Assembly: GCA_965205215.1 (NCBI GenBank)
Contig: OZ242041.1
Coordinates: 1,504,001-1,568,000, forward strand
Direction of reading: 5' to 3'
DNA length: 64,000 nt
Source of the DNA: Nitrosopumilus sp.
Lineage (GTDB): Archaea > Thermoproteota > Nitrososphaeria > Nitrososphaerales > Nitrosopumilaceae
Shown: positions 47,684-58,687 of the stretch, in pieces
Layout: every line of letters begins with the position of its first letter
Numbering within the stretch: position 1 is the first letter of the stretch
The notes under the pieces: model-generated
Database searches by the model: none
Seen by the model: only the letters and a program-made list of their open reading frames with translations
Told to the model about the DNA's origin: nothing
Program-made: the position numbers and the translations under genes

Positions 47684-48823
47684 TTGAATCCTAAAACGGC
47701 CGCCGGTGCAGCCGGAGCTGCCGCAATAGTCCTGGGCGTAGTCATACTCTATGCATATGACGCGGACAGTCCGGCAGGGTCCGTAGCAGACAGTATGGCG
47801 CCCGGCCCTGAATCCGACGCGCTTCCGACCGACTACTCAAGCGTCGCCGTAACAAACGGCCAAAAGCATACGGTCCCGCTTGACAAGATAATCAGCGGCG
47901 GCCCGCCGCCGGACGGGATCCCTTCAATAGACGACCCGAGGTTCGCGCATGCAGAGGAGGCAGGATTCATGTCCGGCTCCGATGTCGTGATAGGGCTCGA
48001 GATCGGGGGGGAGGCAAAGGCGTATCCGCTCCGCATACTGGTATGGCACGAGATCGTAAACGACGTGGTCGGGGGCGTCCCGGTCGCCGTAACGTACTGC
48101 CCGCTGTGCTATACGAGTCAGGTCTTTGAGAGAACGCTTGGAGACCGGGCAGTAGAGTTCGGAACGTCTGGAAAGCTGTACAACAGCAACCTGGTGATGT
48201 ACGACAGGGCAACCGGGACGTACTGGAGCCAGGCCCTGGGGGCCGCCATCAAGGGGGAACTTGCAGGGCAGAGGCTCGACACCGTACCGTTTGACGTAAT
48301 CAGGTGGGACGACTGGAGGGAGATGCACCGGGATACCGTGGTGCTGACCACCGAGACCGGCCATGTGCGGGCATACGACGTGGACCCCTACGGCGGATAC
48401 TATACGGACTACAGCATAATATTCCCGGTGGACAATACGGGAGCGTCGTCAGGCGTCATGCACCCGAAGGAGGTCATACTGGGATTTGAGAACGGCGGGT
48501 CATACAAGGCGTACAAGCAGGGTGACGCGGAGGACTCGGGGGCAATAAACGACGTGGTCGGCGGCCTGCCCGTCTTGATCGTATCCGAGTTCGAGGGAAG
48601 CGCTCGGGGGTTTGAGAGGCCGGTAGTGGACGGGCAGCTGCTGGAGTTCGAGTACGAGGGCCCCACACTGACAGACGCGCAGACGGGATCCTCGTGGGAC
48701 TATGGCGGCCTGGCAGTGTCAGGCCCTCTTGAGGGGCGCAGCATGGAGCGCCTTGCACTCAGCCCCGGATTCTGGTTTGAGTGGGTCGCATTCCATCCGG
48801 ATACGGAGGTGTACGAGCCATAA
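47684..48823 (+). CDS. DUF3179 family protein (secreted or anchored)
   Basis: SGGPPPDGIPSID.P, AYPLRILVWHEIVND, VTYCPLC, SGKLYNSNLVMYDR, FWFEW.AFHP. Confidence 0.9.
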   Translation: MNPKTAAGAAGAAAIVLGVVILYAYDADSPAGSVADSMAPGPESDALPTDYSSVAVTNGQKHTVPLDKIISGGPPPDGIPSIDDPRFAHAEEAGFMSGSDVVIGLEIGGEAKAYPLRILVWHEIVNDVVGGVPVAVTYCPLCYTSQVFERTLGDRAVEFGTSGKLYNSNLVMYDRATGTYWSQALGAAIKGELAGQRLDTVPFDVIRWDDWREMHRDTVVLTTETGHVRAYDVDPYGGYYTDYSIIFPVDNTGASSGVMHPKEVILGFENGGSYKAYKQGDAEDSGAINDVVGGLPVLIVSEFEGSARGFERPVVDGQLLEFEYEGPTLTDAQTGSSWDYGGLAVSGPLEGRSMERLALSPGFWFEWVAFHPDTEVYEP

Positions 48824-49353
48824 CCACGCCTTCAGTTCCTGTAAGGCCTGTCCTGTTCGGAGGGCTGGCCGTCCTGGCGTACGCGGTCGTGGTGGTTGCA
48901 ACAACCCCGTCGCTTCCTGCAGAGTCCGCCCTGTACGTGACCCTGGTGACAAACCCGGCCATAATAGTCGGGATAGGAGTAGGGACCGGACTCCAAGCGC
49001 ATCTTGCAGAGAAGAGGCGGAGGCTCGCAGGATGCAGGGTCGCGCCAGGCCCCGGAAGAGGCGAAGTGGAGGCAGGCGCCGGGGATCAAGGCAGGGGGAC
49101 GGGAGGAGTGGCAGCGTCGTCTGCGGCGGCCTCGTTCTTTTCGTTCTTTGCGCTGGTGCCGCTTGGGTGCTGCGGATGGTGGCTCTACGTCCTGTCGCTG
49201 CTGCCAAGCGTGCTTGGAGCGGGGGTCTCGGGCGCGCTCATAGAGAACAGCCAGATCCTGGCATATGCAGGGCTGGCGGTGGTTTTTGGATTAAACGGGC
49301 TGACGGCCTACAAGGTGCGGCGCATGTCGCGCGCGATAGGTCTGCGGAACTAG
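48781..49353 (+). CDS. Membrane protein with CC motif
   Basis: TM segments; SFFALVPLGCCGWWL; true start uncertain (overlaps the DUF3179 gene). Confidence 0.6.
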   Translation: MGRIPSGYGGVRAITTPSVPVRPVLFGGLAVLAYAVVVVATTPSLPAESALYVTLVTNPAIIVGIGVGTGLQAHLAEKRRRLAGCRVAPGPGRGEVEAGAGDQGRGTGGVAASSAAASFFSFFALVPLGCCGWWLYVLSLLPSVLGAGVSGALIENSQILAYAGLAVVFGLNGLTAYKVRRMSRAIGLRN

Positions 49354-49560
49354 GCGAACGCACCGGGCGCGGCGGGGATGCACGGGCGGTTGCGGCGACG
49401 CGGAGGGGCAACGGGGGCATGCCGCGAGTAATTACGTGCAGGCTCAGGCCCCCTGCCCGCGAGATACGGGGGTGCGGAGCGGCAGGCACAAGTCCTTAAT
49501 GGTTGGCGCATGCGCACCTGCCGCAACAACCTATTAACGACGCCGCGGCAGACTGGGCGC

Positions 49561-50049
49561 ATGGCGGACAGGATCTGGCTGGGCGGCATATACCTAAAAG
49601 AAGAGGGAGGATACAAGATCACACTAAAGTCACTAAACCATTACAAGAAGAGGCTAAGCACGCTGTCAGAAAGCCCGGAGCTAAAGGGCGCGGCCGGCAT
49701 GTTCGCGTCGGTCCTGCAACAGCAAGCGGCCAAGACGATACCCGAGATTGACGCCGTATCGCGCAGGATACTCGAGTGTCTTGGCGGTAGCGGGAGCGGC
49801 GCAGAGAGCGGCGGCAGCGGCAAAGGAGGTCTCGGCGGCCTTGCCGACGACGTGCCGTTCATGAAAAAGGCGCTTGCGTGCTACAAATCCGACATAGCCA
49901 AAGCACAAGATACGGGATACGAGTATTTTGTAAAGATGATAGGAGACATGGAGGCCGCAGTGGGGGACAAGGACGAGATCGAGCGGGCGCTCCAGAACAT
50001 AGGGGTGTTTGAAGGCGGCGGCCGACAGGCGGCAGGAACGGAAGAGTAA
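49561..50049 (+). CDS. Conserved thaumarchaeal hypothetical protein
   Basis: MADRIWLGGIYLKEEGGY..LKSLNHYKKRL...KALACYKSDI. Confidence 0.75.
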   Translation: MADRIWLGGIYLKEEGGYKITLKSLNHYKKRLSTLSESPELKGAAGMFASVLQQQAAKTIPEIDAVSRRILECLGGSGSGAESGGSGKGGLGGLADDVPFMKKALACYKSDIAKAQDTGYEYFVKMIGDMEAAVGDKDEIERALQNIGVFEGGGRQAAGTEE

Positions 50050-50315
50050 GCGGGCAGGACGGTCATGCGGCAGGCGCAGACTGCAGGATATCCGAGCGCC
50101 CGGACTCTGCCCGACAGGAAATGAAAAAACAACGCCCGCGCCGCCGCCACCATTGCAGGCGTCCTCCGGTCCCGTAGGATAGGACTAGCTCCCGCACGGC
50201 CCCGAGCGGTGCGAAGATCATTCGGAGCAGGGCGCGGGCAGCATCTGACTGCGCGACGGTTGCGGCCACAAGCATGCAGGAAAAGCGGTTTTGCCGCCCC
50301 ACGGTGTGAAATGCG

Positions 50316-50669
50316 TTATTTCTGCAGCCCCTGCAGGTACCAGTCCACGTAGGGCCTTAGCGCGGCGCACTTTGCGCGGCGCGCCGACTCGTCAGTCTCA
50401 CTCTTCAGCCCGTCCAGTTTTTTCTGCAGATAAGAGGCGACAGATTCGCTCCGAAGCAGCGGGATCACCCCTTCAAGTACCGACAGAACGTCCCGGACAG
50501 GTGCGTTATCAAAATCCGCGGCCAAACTGCGGGCGCCATCCTCAAGATTCACGACACGGACGCCTAGCGGCCCCCTTTTATTTTCTGGCGCCGGGAGCAT
50601 TTCGGGGCAAAGATACGCAAGGCGCGGGAGAGAGTCCGGGCGGGCTGCCGGGAGGGCGGCACCCGACAT
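50316..50669 (-). CDS. Hypothetical protein
   Basis: 117-aa ORF with a helical, coding-like C-terminal part (CAALRPYVDWYLQG). Confidence 0.55.
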   Translation of the reverse strand: MSGAALPAARPDSLPRLAYLCPEMLPAPENKRGPLGVRVVNLEDGARSLAADFDNAPVRDVLSVLEGVIPLLRSESVASYLQKKLDGLKSETDESARRAKCAALRPYVDWYLQGLQK

Positions 50670-50800
50670 GGCGCACGCCGTTTTTGCGCAGTCGCGCTGC
50701 TTGCCGTGACGTCAGGGCCAGAAACAGCAAGTTTTCCCCCACAGACAGGACACGCATGCGGCAGTCGCGGCAACTCCTGCCGCGGCCGCTGCTGCTGCTG

Positions 50801-51040
50801 CTACTGACGCTGCACAGACGCGTCGCCGTCATCCCACAAGATGCGGTACTTGCCTGTGACGCGCATTATCGAGACCCTGCCGCCCTCCTTGAACACGAGC
50901 CGGTAGGGCTTGTGGGACGTGTCCTCCACGTCAAGCGTGACCCCTTCTGCGCGGGTCCTAAACGACACCGGATCGCTTGCAACCTGCTCCCACTGTCCGG
51001 GGTCAAAGTCAATGTACAGCTTTGTGTACAGCAGTCCCAT
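50801..51040 (-). CDS. Small hypothetical protein
   Basis: MGLLYTKLYIDFD...MRVTGKYRILWDD. Confidence 0.65.
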   Translation of the reverse strand: MGLLYTKLYIDFDPGQWEQVASDPVSFRTRAEGVTLDVEDTSHKPYRLVFKEGGRVSIMRVTGKYRILWDDGDASVQRQ

Positions 51041-51188
51041 GGGGGCCGCAACGTGCCCCCGAATAAAAAACTAGGCGGGGCCGGCAGCAGGGCCAAAGCA
51101 GGATTGGACGTCTAATTTTTGGCTCCAGATACAACACGTCTCAAGGGTGCCTGCGCGAATAGATGCGCAAGAGGACATTATGACGGGG

Positions 51189-53330
51189 TTATTTTGCAGG
51201 CCGTGCCGCGAGCACCCTTTTTTTGTCAGGCCTGATCTTGCCTGCCGCCTCGACCAAGTCCTTCTGGGTGATCTTGATCTCCTCGAGGCCCCCATGCTTG
51301 CCGCTGACGTACCTCTTCAATGCGGCAGTTGCCGCAGCGTTGGCCACTGCCGCAATCTCTGCGCCGCTAAAGCCGTCCGTCAGTTCCACCAGCTCCGGCA
51401 TGCTGACGTCGCCTGCAAGCGGTCTCTTTTTTGTGTGGATCTTGAGGATCTGCTCCCTTCCCTTGGGATCTGGATGAGGCACCTCTATGACGCGATCAAA
51501 CCTTCCGGGCCTCAGCAGGGCCTCGTCTACGATGTCCAGCCTGTTCGTGGCGCCGATTATCAGCACGTCGTGCAGCTCCTCAAGCCCGTCAATCTCAGTC
51601 AGGATCTGGGACACCACGCTCTCGGTTACATGCGAGTCGGAGCCGGAACTGCCCCGCCGCGGGACCAGCGCGTCCACCTCATCAAGGAATATTATGCACG
51701 GGGCGGCCTGCCGGGCTTTTCTGAATATCTCCCTTACGCCCTTTTCAGACTCACCTACCCACTTTGAGAGCAGTTCCGGCCCCTTGATGCTGATAAAGTT
51801 GGAGTCAGTCGTCTTTGCCAGCGCCTTGGCAATCAGGGTCTTGCCGGTCCCCGGGGGGCCGTGCAGGAGGATCCCCTTTGGCGCCTCGACACCCGCGTAG
51901 TCGTAGGCCTCCCTGTGCTTGACCGGCCACTCCACGGCCTGGCGCAGCTCCTCCTTGAGATCCCCGAGGCCCCCCACGTCGTCCCACTCCACGTCAGGGA
52001 CCTGGACCTGGACCTCGCGCAGCGCGCTTGGCCTTACCTCCTTTAGCGCGCTCCCAAAGTCCTCCTCGGTGATCTGGATCTTTTGCAGCAGTGCCGGGGG
52101 GATCTTTTCCTGGTCAAGGTCAATCTCGGGCAGGACCCTCCGCAGGGACCTCATTGCGGCCTCCTTTGAGAGGACCTCGAGGTCCGCCCCGACAAAGCCG
52201 TGCGTGATCTTTGAGATCCTCTTCAAGTCCACCTTCTCGTCTATCGGCATTCCGCGCGTGTGGATTGAGAGGATCTCAAGCCGCCCGTCGTCGTCGGGAA
52301 TTCCGATCTCGATCTCCCTGTCAAGCCGCCCGGGCCTCCTCAGGGCCGGATCAATCGAGTCGGGCCTGTTCGTGGCTGCGATGACCACCACCTTGCCCCT
52401 GCTCTCCATCCCGTCCATCAGGGTCAGGAGCTGGGAGACGATCCTTTTTTCCACCTCCCCCGACACCTCGTCGCGCTTTGGCGCAATGGAGTCGATCTCG
52501 TCAATGAATACTATGCTCGGCGAGTTCTCTTCTGCCTGCTTGAATATCTCCCGGATCCTCTCCTCGCTCTCCCCGTAGTACTTGCCCATGATTTCGGGCC
52601 CGCTCAACGAGATGAAGTGGGCGTTGGTCTCCCCTGCCACCGCCTTTGCCAGCAGCGTCTTGCCGGTCCCGGGCGGGCCGTACAGGAGAACGCCCTTCGG
52701 GGCCTCTACGCCTATCTTCTCAAACAGTTCGGGGTGTCTCATCGGCAGCTCGACCATCTCGCGGATCTTCTGAACCTCGCCCCTGAGCCCGCCCAGCTCG
52801 TCGTAGGTAATCCTGGAGACCGTGGCGTCCACCGCCTTGGTCATGGAACCCAGCCTGAAAGAGGTGCCCTCCGTGACGATCACGGGTTTTGCAGGCTTTG
52901 TGCTCGTGACGACAAACTGGACCCTCCCGCCCAGCTGCGTGCCAAGGGTGATAGTGTCGCCGGTCGTAAAGACGTGGTTGAGGTAGTTGTATGTCATGTA
53001 GTCTTCCAGCCCCTCCGCGCGGACCTTTTCAGTCGGCGACAATACGATCTGCTCGGCGTCCGCGGCCTCCACGGGCCTTATCGAGATCCTGTCCCCTATT
53101 CCGGCCCCGATGTTCTGCCTGGTAACCCCGTCAATTCTGATCAGCCCGGCCCCGTACTCTTCGGGGGGGCCCGGCCACAGCCTCACGTGGGTCTTCTTGT
53201 TGTAGGACAGTTCCAGGATCTGCCCGGTACCCCAGTCTGTGTCCTCGAGTACCTTGGGATCGACGATTGCCTTGCCCCCGCCGACATACTGCTGCGGGAT
53301 TTCGTCGACCTTCAGGACGATCTCGTTCAT
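51189..53330 (-). CDS. cdc48: CDC48/VAT family AAA ATPase
   Basis: Two AAA modules (GPPGTGKT twice; IDEID/LDEVD; [17 protein letters not shown]) and an N-domain. Confidence 0.96.
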   Translation of the reverse strand: MNEIVLKVDEIPQQYVGGGKAIVDPKVLEDTDWGTGQILELSYNKKTHVRLWPGPPEEYGAGLIRIDGVTRQNIGAGIGDRISIRPVEAADAEQIVLSPTEKVRAEGLEDYMTYNYLNHVFTTGDTITLGTQLGGRVQFVVTSTKPAKPVIVTEGTSFRLGSMTKAVDATVSRITYDELGGLRGEVQKIREMVELPMRHPELFEKIGVEAPKGVLLYGPPGTGKTLLAKAVAGETNAHFISLSGPEIMGKYYGESEERIREIFKQAEENSPSIVFIDEIDSIAPKRDEVSGEVEKRIVSQLLTLMDGMESRGKVVVIAATNRPDSIDPALRRPGRLDREIEIGIPDDDGRLEILSIHTRGMPIDEKVDLKRISKITHGFVGADLEVLSKEAAMRSLRRVLPEIDLDQEKIPPALLQKIQITEEDFGSALKEVRPSALREVQVQVPDVEWDDVGGLGDLKEELRQAVEWPVKHREAYDYAGVEAPKGILLHGPPGTGKTLIAKALAKTTDSNFISIKGPELLSKWVGESEKGVREIFRKARQAAPCIIFLDEVDALVPRRGSSGSDSHVTESVVSQILTEIDGLEELHDVLIIGATNRLDIVDEALLRPGRFDRVIEVPHPDPKGREQILKIHTKKRPLAGDVSMPELVELTDGFSGAEIAAVANAAATAALKRYVSGKHGGLEEIKITQKDLVEAAGKIRPDKKRVLAARPAK

Positions 53331-53475
53331 GGTATCCCCCCAATAGTTTTGGGCGGTCCAGCTTCTGCCGTCCCGAGGATGCCGTTCTTGCAGGAAGATC
53401 CTGCAAAGATTCCGCCGGGCGCGCATCTGAAGATTCCCTCAAACCCATAATCTAGGAACGTTGTCATATTTCTCA

Positions 53476-53503
53476 ATATTATGTAATATACATGACATAA
53501 TAT
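53476..53503. promoter_or_regulatory. AT-rich inverted repeat upstream of cdc48, candidate regulator-binding site
   Basis: ATATTATGT-N10-ACATAATAT, a perfect 9-bp IR in an AT-rich stretch ~150 bp upstream of the start. Confidence 0.45.
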
Positions 53504-53663
53504 AAGTATTATTACAGACGGCGGCGTGGAGGGGTCTAAGGACAGGTCACTTTCCGCCCTTTCACATCCTCCGGGCCCCACGTGCGCAAGGCTTGCTTAT
53601 GCCTGAATAAAACAGAGGGCACTGATTTCGAGCGGATCCTATGCGTAGCAGCGACAGGGGCGG

Positions 53664-55856
53664 TTATTCCTTGTCGATGAACTCGTCGGCCCTGGGCGGT
53701 TCCGGCGAGAGTCCCTTGCGCTTTCTAATCTCCGATATGGTGCTGGCAAGCATGGACTTTGGCACCTCGCTCCATTCCTTGAACGACGTGTTCCACGTGG
53801 CCCTGCCGGCAGTCTGCCCCCTCATCTCCTCGGACAGTGTAAACGTCTCGGAGGCGGGTATCTCGCCGGTCACTATGCTTGACGCGCCCATCTGCGACAT
53901 GTCGAGCACCTTGCCGCGCTTGCCGGACAGGACGGTCGCGACGTTCCCGACCAAGTCGGTCGGGACGCGCACCTCTATTGCAAGCATCGGCTCCAGTATG
54001 GCGGTGCCGGCAGTCAGCAGGGCTCCCATGCACGCGCGCCGCGACGCGGGCCCCAGCTGCGAGAGCCCGCGGTGCGCCGTATCCTCGTGCGGCACAAAGT
54101 GCGTAAACGTGAACTTGCAGTCGCGCATCTGCTCCCTGCACAGAGGCCCCTCCTTCATCACCTCGTCAAACCCGGAGTTTATGGAGTCAGTCGACTCCTG
54201 GACGAACTGCACGCCCTTGGTGCCGTTTATCAGCACGTTTCCGCGCGAGTCGAGCCTCATCACCCTCTTTATGGTGTCCGTGTCCCAGCCGGCCCCCTTT
54301 AGCAGGTCAGATACTGTCTTCTTGTCCTTCATCTCGCTGATCTCGCCCGTGCGGAGCATCTCGGCAATCTCGGGCTCCAGCGGCTCGACCCTCATGAAGA
54401 TCTTGTTGTGCCGGTTGGGGGACTTTGCCATGACGGCCTCGCAGGACGAGCGCACGGTCTCTCGGTAGTTTATCAGCGGCTCGGACGTGACGATCTCGAG
54501 CTTTGCGTCCTGTATGCGGTGCGTCGCGACGTCGAGGTGCAGCACCCCCATCCCCGCGACTATGGTCTCGCCGCTCTCCTCGTCTATCTTCACCACGAGG
54601 TTCGGATCCTCTATGGTAAGCTGCTTTAGTATGTCGACCAGCTTTGGCAGGTCCTTTGGGTGCTTTGGCTCTATCGCCACCTGGACGACGGGTTCGGAGA
54701 CGTACTTTACCCCCTCAAACACGGGCATCTCCTTGACCGCGGACACGGTGTTCCCGGCCCTGGCCTCCGTGAGCCCGAGCAGCGCGGGTATGTTCCCGGC
54801 ACCCAGCTCGCCGACCTGCTCGCGCTGGTTTCCCATGAAGAAGTTGACAGACTGGATACGCCCCTCGCGCTTTTCGTCTATTATGTGGATGGTCTGGCCG
54901 TCCCTGACGGTACCGGAGAACAGCCTGCCGATGGCGACCGGTCCGGCGGCCGGGTCGAGCACCATGTTTACGACCATCATTATTGTGGGCCCGTCGTCGC
55001 TGCACGCCAGCAGCGCCTTGCCGACGTCCGAGTCGAGCTCGCCCTTCCATATCTGGGGTATCCTGTACTTTACTGCCTCGTGCGGCGGGGGGTGGTGCTT
55101 TACCACCATGCCGAGTACTGCGTCGGCAAGGGGGGCCTTCTCCACCAGTTCCGGCACCTTCTCGCCCTCGTAGGCGTCGATGACGTCCTTGAAGGTGATT
55201 CCGCGCTCCTTCATCATGTCTATGTTGATGGCCCACCTGTCCTTTGCGGAGCCGAACGTGACGCTTGCATCCTGTATGGAGACCTTCCACTTCTCCTTGT
55301 ACTCGGGCTCCGCGTACGTGTCTATAAGCCGGTTAAAGTTGGACACCACGTCTGCGAGCTGCTGCTGCATCTTCTCGGGGGTGAGTCGGAGCTCCTTTAT
55401 CAGGCGGTCCACCTTGTTTATGAACAGGACGGGGCGCACCCGCTCCTCGAGGGCCATGCGCGTGACCGTCTCAGTCTGCGTCATTATGCCCTCGACCGCG
55501 TCGCATACAACCACCGCGCCGTCTATGGCGCGCAGGCTCCTGATCACCCTGCCGCTAAAGTCCACGTGCCCGGGGGTGTCTATCATGTTTATCACGTACT
55601 CCTTGCCGGCCTGCGAAAAGTGCAGCGTGACGTTTGCCTGGTATATGGTGATTCCCCTCTGCTGCTCCTCCTTGTCAAAGTCCATGGCAAGCGCCTTTCC
55701 TGCAGCCGACGGGGCTATGATGCCGGAGTATGCAAGGAGGCTGTCGCTCATCGTCGTCTTGCCGTGGTCGACGTGGGCGATGACGCCAAAGTTGCGGATC
55801 TGCTCCTTGTTCTTGATTATCTTGAGGACCTCGCCGGTCGACTTGAACTTTACCAT
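53664..55856 (-). CDS. fusA: Translation elongation factor 2
   Basis: AHVDHGKTT, RGITI, DTPGHVDF, NKVD, HEDTAHRG (diphthamide His). Confidence 0.98.
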   Translation of the reverse strand: MVKFKSTGEVLKIIKNKEQIRNFGVIAHVDHGKTTMSDSLLAYSGIIAPSAAGKALAMDFDKEEQQRGITIYQANVTLHFSQAGKEYVINMIDTPGHVDFSGRVIRSLRAIDGAVVVCDAVEGIMTQTETVTRMALEERVRPVLFINKVDRLIKELRLTPEKMQQQLADVVSNFNRLIDTYAEPEYKEKWKVSIQDASVTFGSAKDRWAINIDMMKERGITFKDVIDAYEGEKVPELVEKAPLADAVLGMVVKHHPPPHEAVKYRIPQIWKGELDSDVGKALLACSDDGPTIMMVVNMVLDPAAGPVAIGRLFSGTVRDGQTIHIIDEKREGRIQSVNFFMGNQREQVGELGAGNIPALLGLTEARAGNTVSAVKEMPVFEGVKYVSEPVVQVAIEPKHPKDLPKLVDILKQLTIEDPNLVVKIDEESGETIVAGMGVLHLDVATHRIQDAKLEIVTSEPLINYRETVRSSCEAVMAKSPNRHNKIFMRVEPLEPEIAEMLRTGEISEMKDKKTVSDLLKGAGWDTDTIKRVMRLDSRGNVLINGTKGVQFVQESTDSINSGFDEVMKEGPLCREQMRDCKFTFTHFVPHEDTAHRGLSQLGPASRRACMGALLTAGTAILEPMLAIEVRVPTDLVGNVATVLSGKRGKVLDMSQMGASSIVTGEIPASETFTLSEEMRGQTAGRATWNTSFKEWSEVPKSMLASTISEIRKRKGLSPEPPRADEFIDKE

Positions 55857-55932
55857 AGCCGGACGCTCTGAGATCATCTATTAAATCTTGGCTTGAAAGA
55901 CGAGCGCAGACGAGGGCGAGATCGCGGCGCCG

Positions 55933-56871
55933 TCAGTATATCGCCGCGTTGCTTGCCCCTCGCAGCCGCGCGGCGGATACGTAGTGGCACTCTGAAATGC
56001 CCGACTCGTCTGCAATCCTGAGCGTCAGCAGTTGTGACAAAAACGCATAGTACAGCACGCGCGAGGTGGCCGAATCCAAAGGAGAGGCGCAGAACGCATG
56101 CAGCCCCGCCTCCCCAAGCGAGCCGACCAGGTCCGATATGCGCCCCCGGGGCTCCTCGAATAACACGACGGTGTCACCCTCGTGCGCGGAGAAGACCTCC
56201 ATGTGGGAAAACTGTTCGGTGCGGGCGTACCTGGCGTCGTATCCGAGGACCTCGTAGAACTTTGCCGCCGCATACATTGCAAGCGGGTACGTCATCACGC
56301 CGCCCAGTATGTAGAGGGAGCCGCGAATCCTGATCCGGGCGGCGTCACGTTCCGCACGCTCAAACGTGGAGCGCGCGTGCCTCATGAGCGGCCGGAGCGC
56401 GCCCGGGTTCACAAGGGAGAGGCACGCAAGCACGCTTGACGTAAACGAGATGCTTCCGGCAGTGGACACGCCGGTGCGGGGAAAGTCAAGAGGAATGATG
56501 CGGCCTGTCGCGAGGGCGGCAAGCCGGCTGTCCGGGTTTGCGGTTACCGCTACCGCGTTGCGACACGCGCTGGCCGCCCTGACGTTGGCGGCAGTCTCGC
56601 CGGATACGGATATCAGGTACGGAACCTTGAGCTCAGGCGGCAAGGACGCAGGCCAAGATCCCCCTGCCAGGTCGCTTGGATCCGCCGCCTTTGAGCGCCA
56701 GCCCGAAAAATACTCGGCGAGCATCGCGGCCGCAAGCGAGTCGCCGCAGCCGGCAAATATTGCGCCGCTCAGGGCGCCGTTTGGGATGGGCCGTATCGGC
56801 GATGGATCATACTCCTGCACGTACGGCACCTGCATCCGGATCTCCTTCCTGTACGCGTCGATGCTGTCCAA
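55933..56871 (-). CDS. SIS-domain sugar isomerase-like protein
   Basis: IFAGCGDS, ISVSGET, AVTANPDSRLA, EQFSHME; probable TTG start. Confidence 0.82.
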   Translation of the reverse strand: MDSIDAYRKEIRMQVPYVQEYDPSPIRPIPNGALSGAIFAGCGDSLAAAMLAEYFSGWRSKAADPSDLAGGSWPASLPPELKVPYLISVSGETAANVRAASACRNAVAVTANPDSRLAALATGRIIPLDFPRTGVSTAGSISFTSSVLACLSLVNPGALRPLMRHARSTFERAERDAARIRIRGSLYILGGVMTYPLAMYAAAKFYEVLGYDARYARTEQFSHMEVFSAHEGDTVVLFEEPRGRISDLVGSLGEAGLHAFCASPLDSATSRVLYYAFLSQLLTLRIADESGISECHYVSAARLRGASNAAIY

Positions 56872-56998
56872 ACACTGCCCATGGCATGTGGCGCTATATA
56901 CGGGGCGCCCCGGTACCGGGGCGGCGGCGCCCGGGCGCGTCCGCGGCCAGAATGCCCCGGGATTTTGGTTTTTATTACGACATTGCACGCGCGATTCA

Positions 56999-57841
56999 TT
57001 GAGGTTAACTGTCGGACACACGCCGGACTCGGATGACGCGTTCATGTTTTACGGGATGCTGGAGGGCGGCGTTCCGTCGCCCGGGTTCAGCGTCGAGCAC
57101 GTGGTGGAGGACATAGAGGCGCTCAACAAGAGGGCCGCCTCGCCGCAGCTGGACGTGACTGCCGTCTCGGTCCACGCGTGCGCGTACATTCCGGGATACA
57201 CCATACTCAGAAGCGGCGGAAGCTTTGGGCTCGGGTACGGTCCAATAGTGACCGCCACGGACGGGACGGGCCTGGACGGCCTCAGGGGCGCCAAGATCGC
57301 CATACCCGGCAGGATGACGTCGGCGTTCCTCCTGCTGCAGCTTGCCATAGGGGAGTTCGAGTACGTGGAGACCGAGTTTTCCCGCGTTCCGGAAATGGTC
57401 AGGTCGGGCAGGGCCGACGCCGGCCTCGTCATACACGAGACCCAGCTGTCGTACGAGGACGAGGGCCTCGCAAAGGTGGCGGACCTCGGCAAGTGGTGGG
57501 ACGAGGCCACGGGCGGGCTGCCGGTGCCGCTCGGGGTCAACGTAATGCGCACGGACATCGGGACTGAAACCATTGCAAAGTTTGACAGGTACCTGCACGA
57601 CTCGATACTCCACGGGAAGGAGAACGAGGAGAAGGCCCTGCAGTACGCCATGAGGTACTCGAGGGGCAAGCCCAGGGACATGATCAAGGAGTTTGTCCGC
57701 ATGTACGTCAACGAGAAGACCGTAGACATGGGGGACGCGGGGGAGAAGGCGATCAACACGATGTTTGAGATGGCGTCGCAGAAGGGGCTGCTGCCAAAAC
57801 CGTTTAGGCCCAGCATAGCCCCGAAACTGCAGGCGGCATAA
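56999..57841 (+). CDS. mqnD: 1,4-dihydroxy-6-naphthoate synthase (futalosine pathway)
   Basis: TVGHTPDSDDAFMFY, DIEALN, GYGPIV, IPGRMTSAFLL, LVIHE, LPVPLG, MYVNE. Confidence 0.88.
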   Translation: MRLTVGHTPDSDDAFMFYGMLEGGVPSPGFSVEHVVEDIEALNKRAASPQLDVTAVSVHACAYIPGYTILRSGGSFGLGYGPIVTATDGTGLDGLRGAKIAIPGRMTSAFLLLQLAIGEFEYVETEFSRVPEMVRSGRADAGLVIHETQLSYEDEGLAKVADLGKWWDEATGGLPVPLGVNVMRTDIGTETIAKFDRYLHDSILHGKENEEKALQYAMRYSRGKPRDMIKEFVRMYVNEKTVDMGDAGEKAINTMFEMASQKGLLPKPFRPSIAPKLQAA

Positions 57842-57960
57842 AGGACAGAGTCCGGAGCCGGCGCACACGGCAGGCGAGCTCGGCGGCAAGGAGGGGCAAC
57901 GCCGCTACACACGCCGGCAACCAGGCTAACATTATATTTCCAAGACTGCACATACACATC

Positions 57961-58227
57961 ATGGCATGGCTTGTCGACAAGAGGATACTTGCAGGGGGCG
58001 TGGCCATGCTCGCGGTCGGAGTCGCGCTATCCGCCCTGTTCAGCTCGTCGATGCCGGCAGGGCAGTCCGGGATGACGGAGGAGGAGACGCTGGATCTCCT
58101 GATTGCGCAGCAGGAGCTGCAGGACTATAGCATACTGTCCGGAATACTGATTGCAGTTGGATTCATGCTGGTGCTCATAAGCTTCGGAGCCATCAAGAGG
58201 AGAAAAAAGGGAAGCAAGGTACAGTGA
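57961..58227 (+). CDS. Small two-TM membrane protein
   Basis: Two hydrophobic helices and a basic C-terminus. Confidence 0.7.
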   Translation: MAWLVDKRILAGGVAMLAVGVALSALFSSSMPAGQSGMTEEETLDLLIAQQELQDYSILSGILIAVGFMLVLISFGAIKRRKKGSKVQ

Positions 58228-58290
58228 GGCGCCTGGCGGCAGTTCCGGCACGCGCGCCATCTTTTAATCACCCCGCCGCGCAGGAGCCGT

Positions 58291-58608
58291 GTGATCCATG
58301 CAGAGGTCAGCGTGTACCCGATGGCCACCAAGACCACCAGCGCCAGCTTTTACATTGCAAGGGCCATAGAGTCCATACAGGGCATTGAGGGCATCAAGTA
58401 CCAGCTCAACCCGATGGGAACCGTGCTAGAGTCCACCGATATGAGTAAGATATACGAGGCAGTCGTGCGCATGACAGAGACCGTCCACAACCTGGGCGTC
58501 GGCAGGGTCGGCGTCGTGATAAAGGTGGACTCGAGGCGCGACCGCGACACCACAATGAGCCAGAAGATCGAGTCGGTCAAAAGGCACATGTCGGCTCCCC
58601 CCGAGTAG
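58291..58608 (+). CDS. MTH1187/DUF77 thiamine-binding family protein
   Basis: AEVSVYP, YQLNPMGTVLE, IKVDSRRD. Confidence 0.88.
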   Translation: MIHAEVSVYPMATKTTSASFYIARAIESIQGIEGIKYQLNPMGTVLESTDMSKIYEAVVRMTETVHNLGVGRVGVVIKVDSRRDRDTTMSQKIESVKRHMSAPPE

Positions 58609-58687
58609 AGCCGGCGGAACGCGTGTCCGCAAAAGAGACCGCAGGCGACCACGGTGGCGGCGCGGCAAAGGCATCCCAGGTGAGATC

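Noticed and set aside
53641-55884. Long + strand ORFs opposite EF-2 (up to 403 aa), and similar shadows over cdc48, ilvA, purK and the redoxin
   Set aside because: Antisense shadows caused by high GC3; no recognisable motifs
56366-57841. Apparent 491-aa extended MqnD
   Set aside because: The first ~210 aa are antisense to the SIS gene; the recognisable protein starts at TTG 56999
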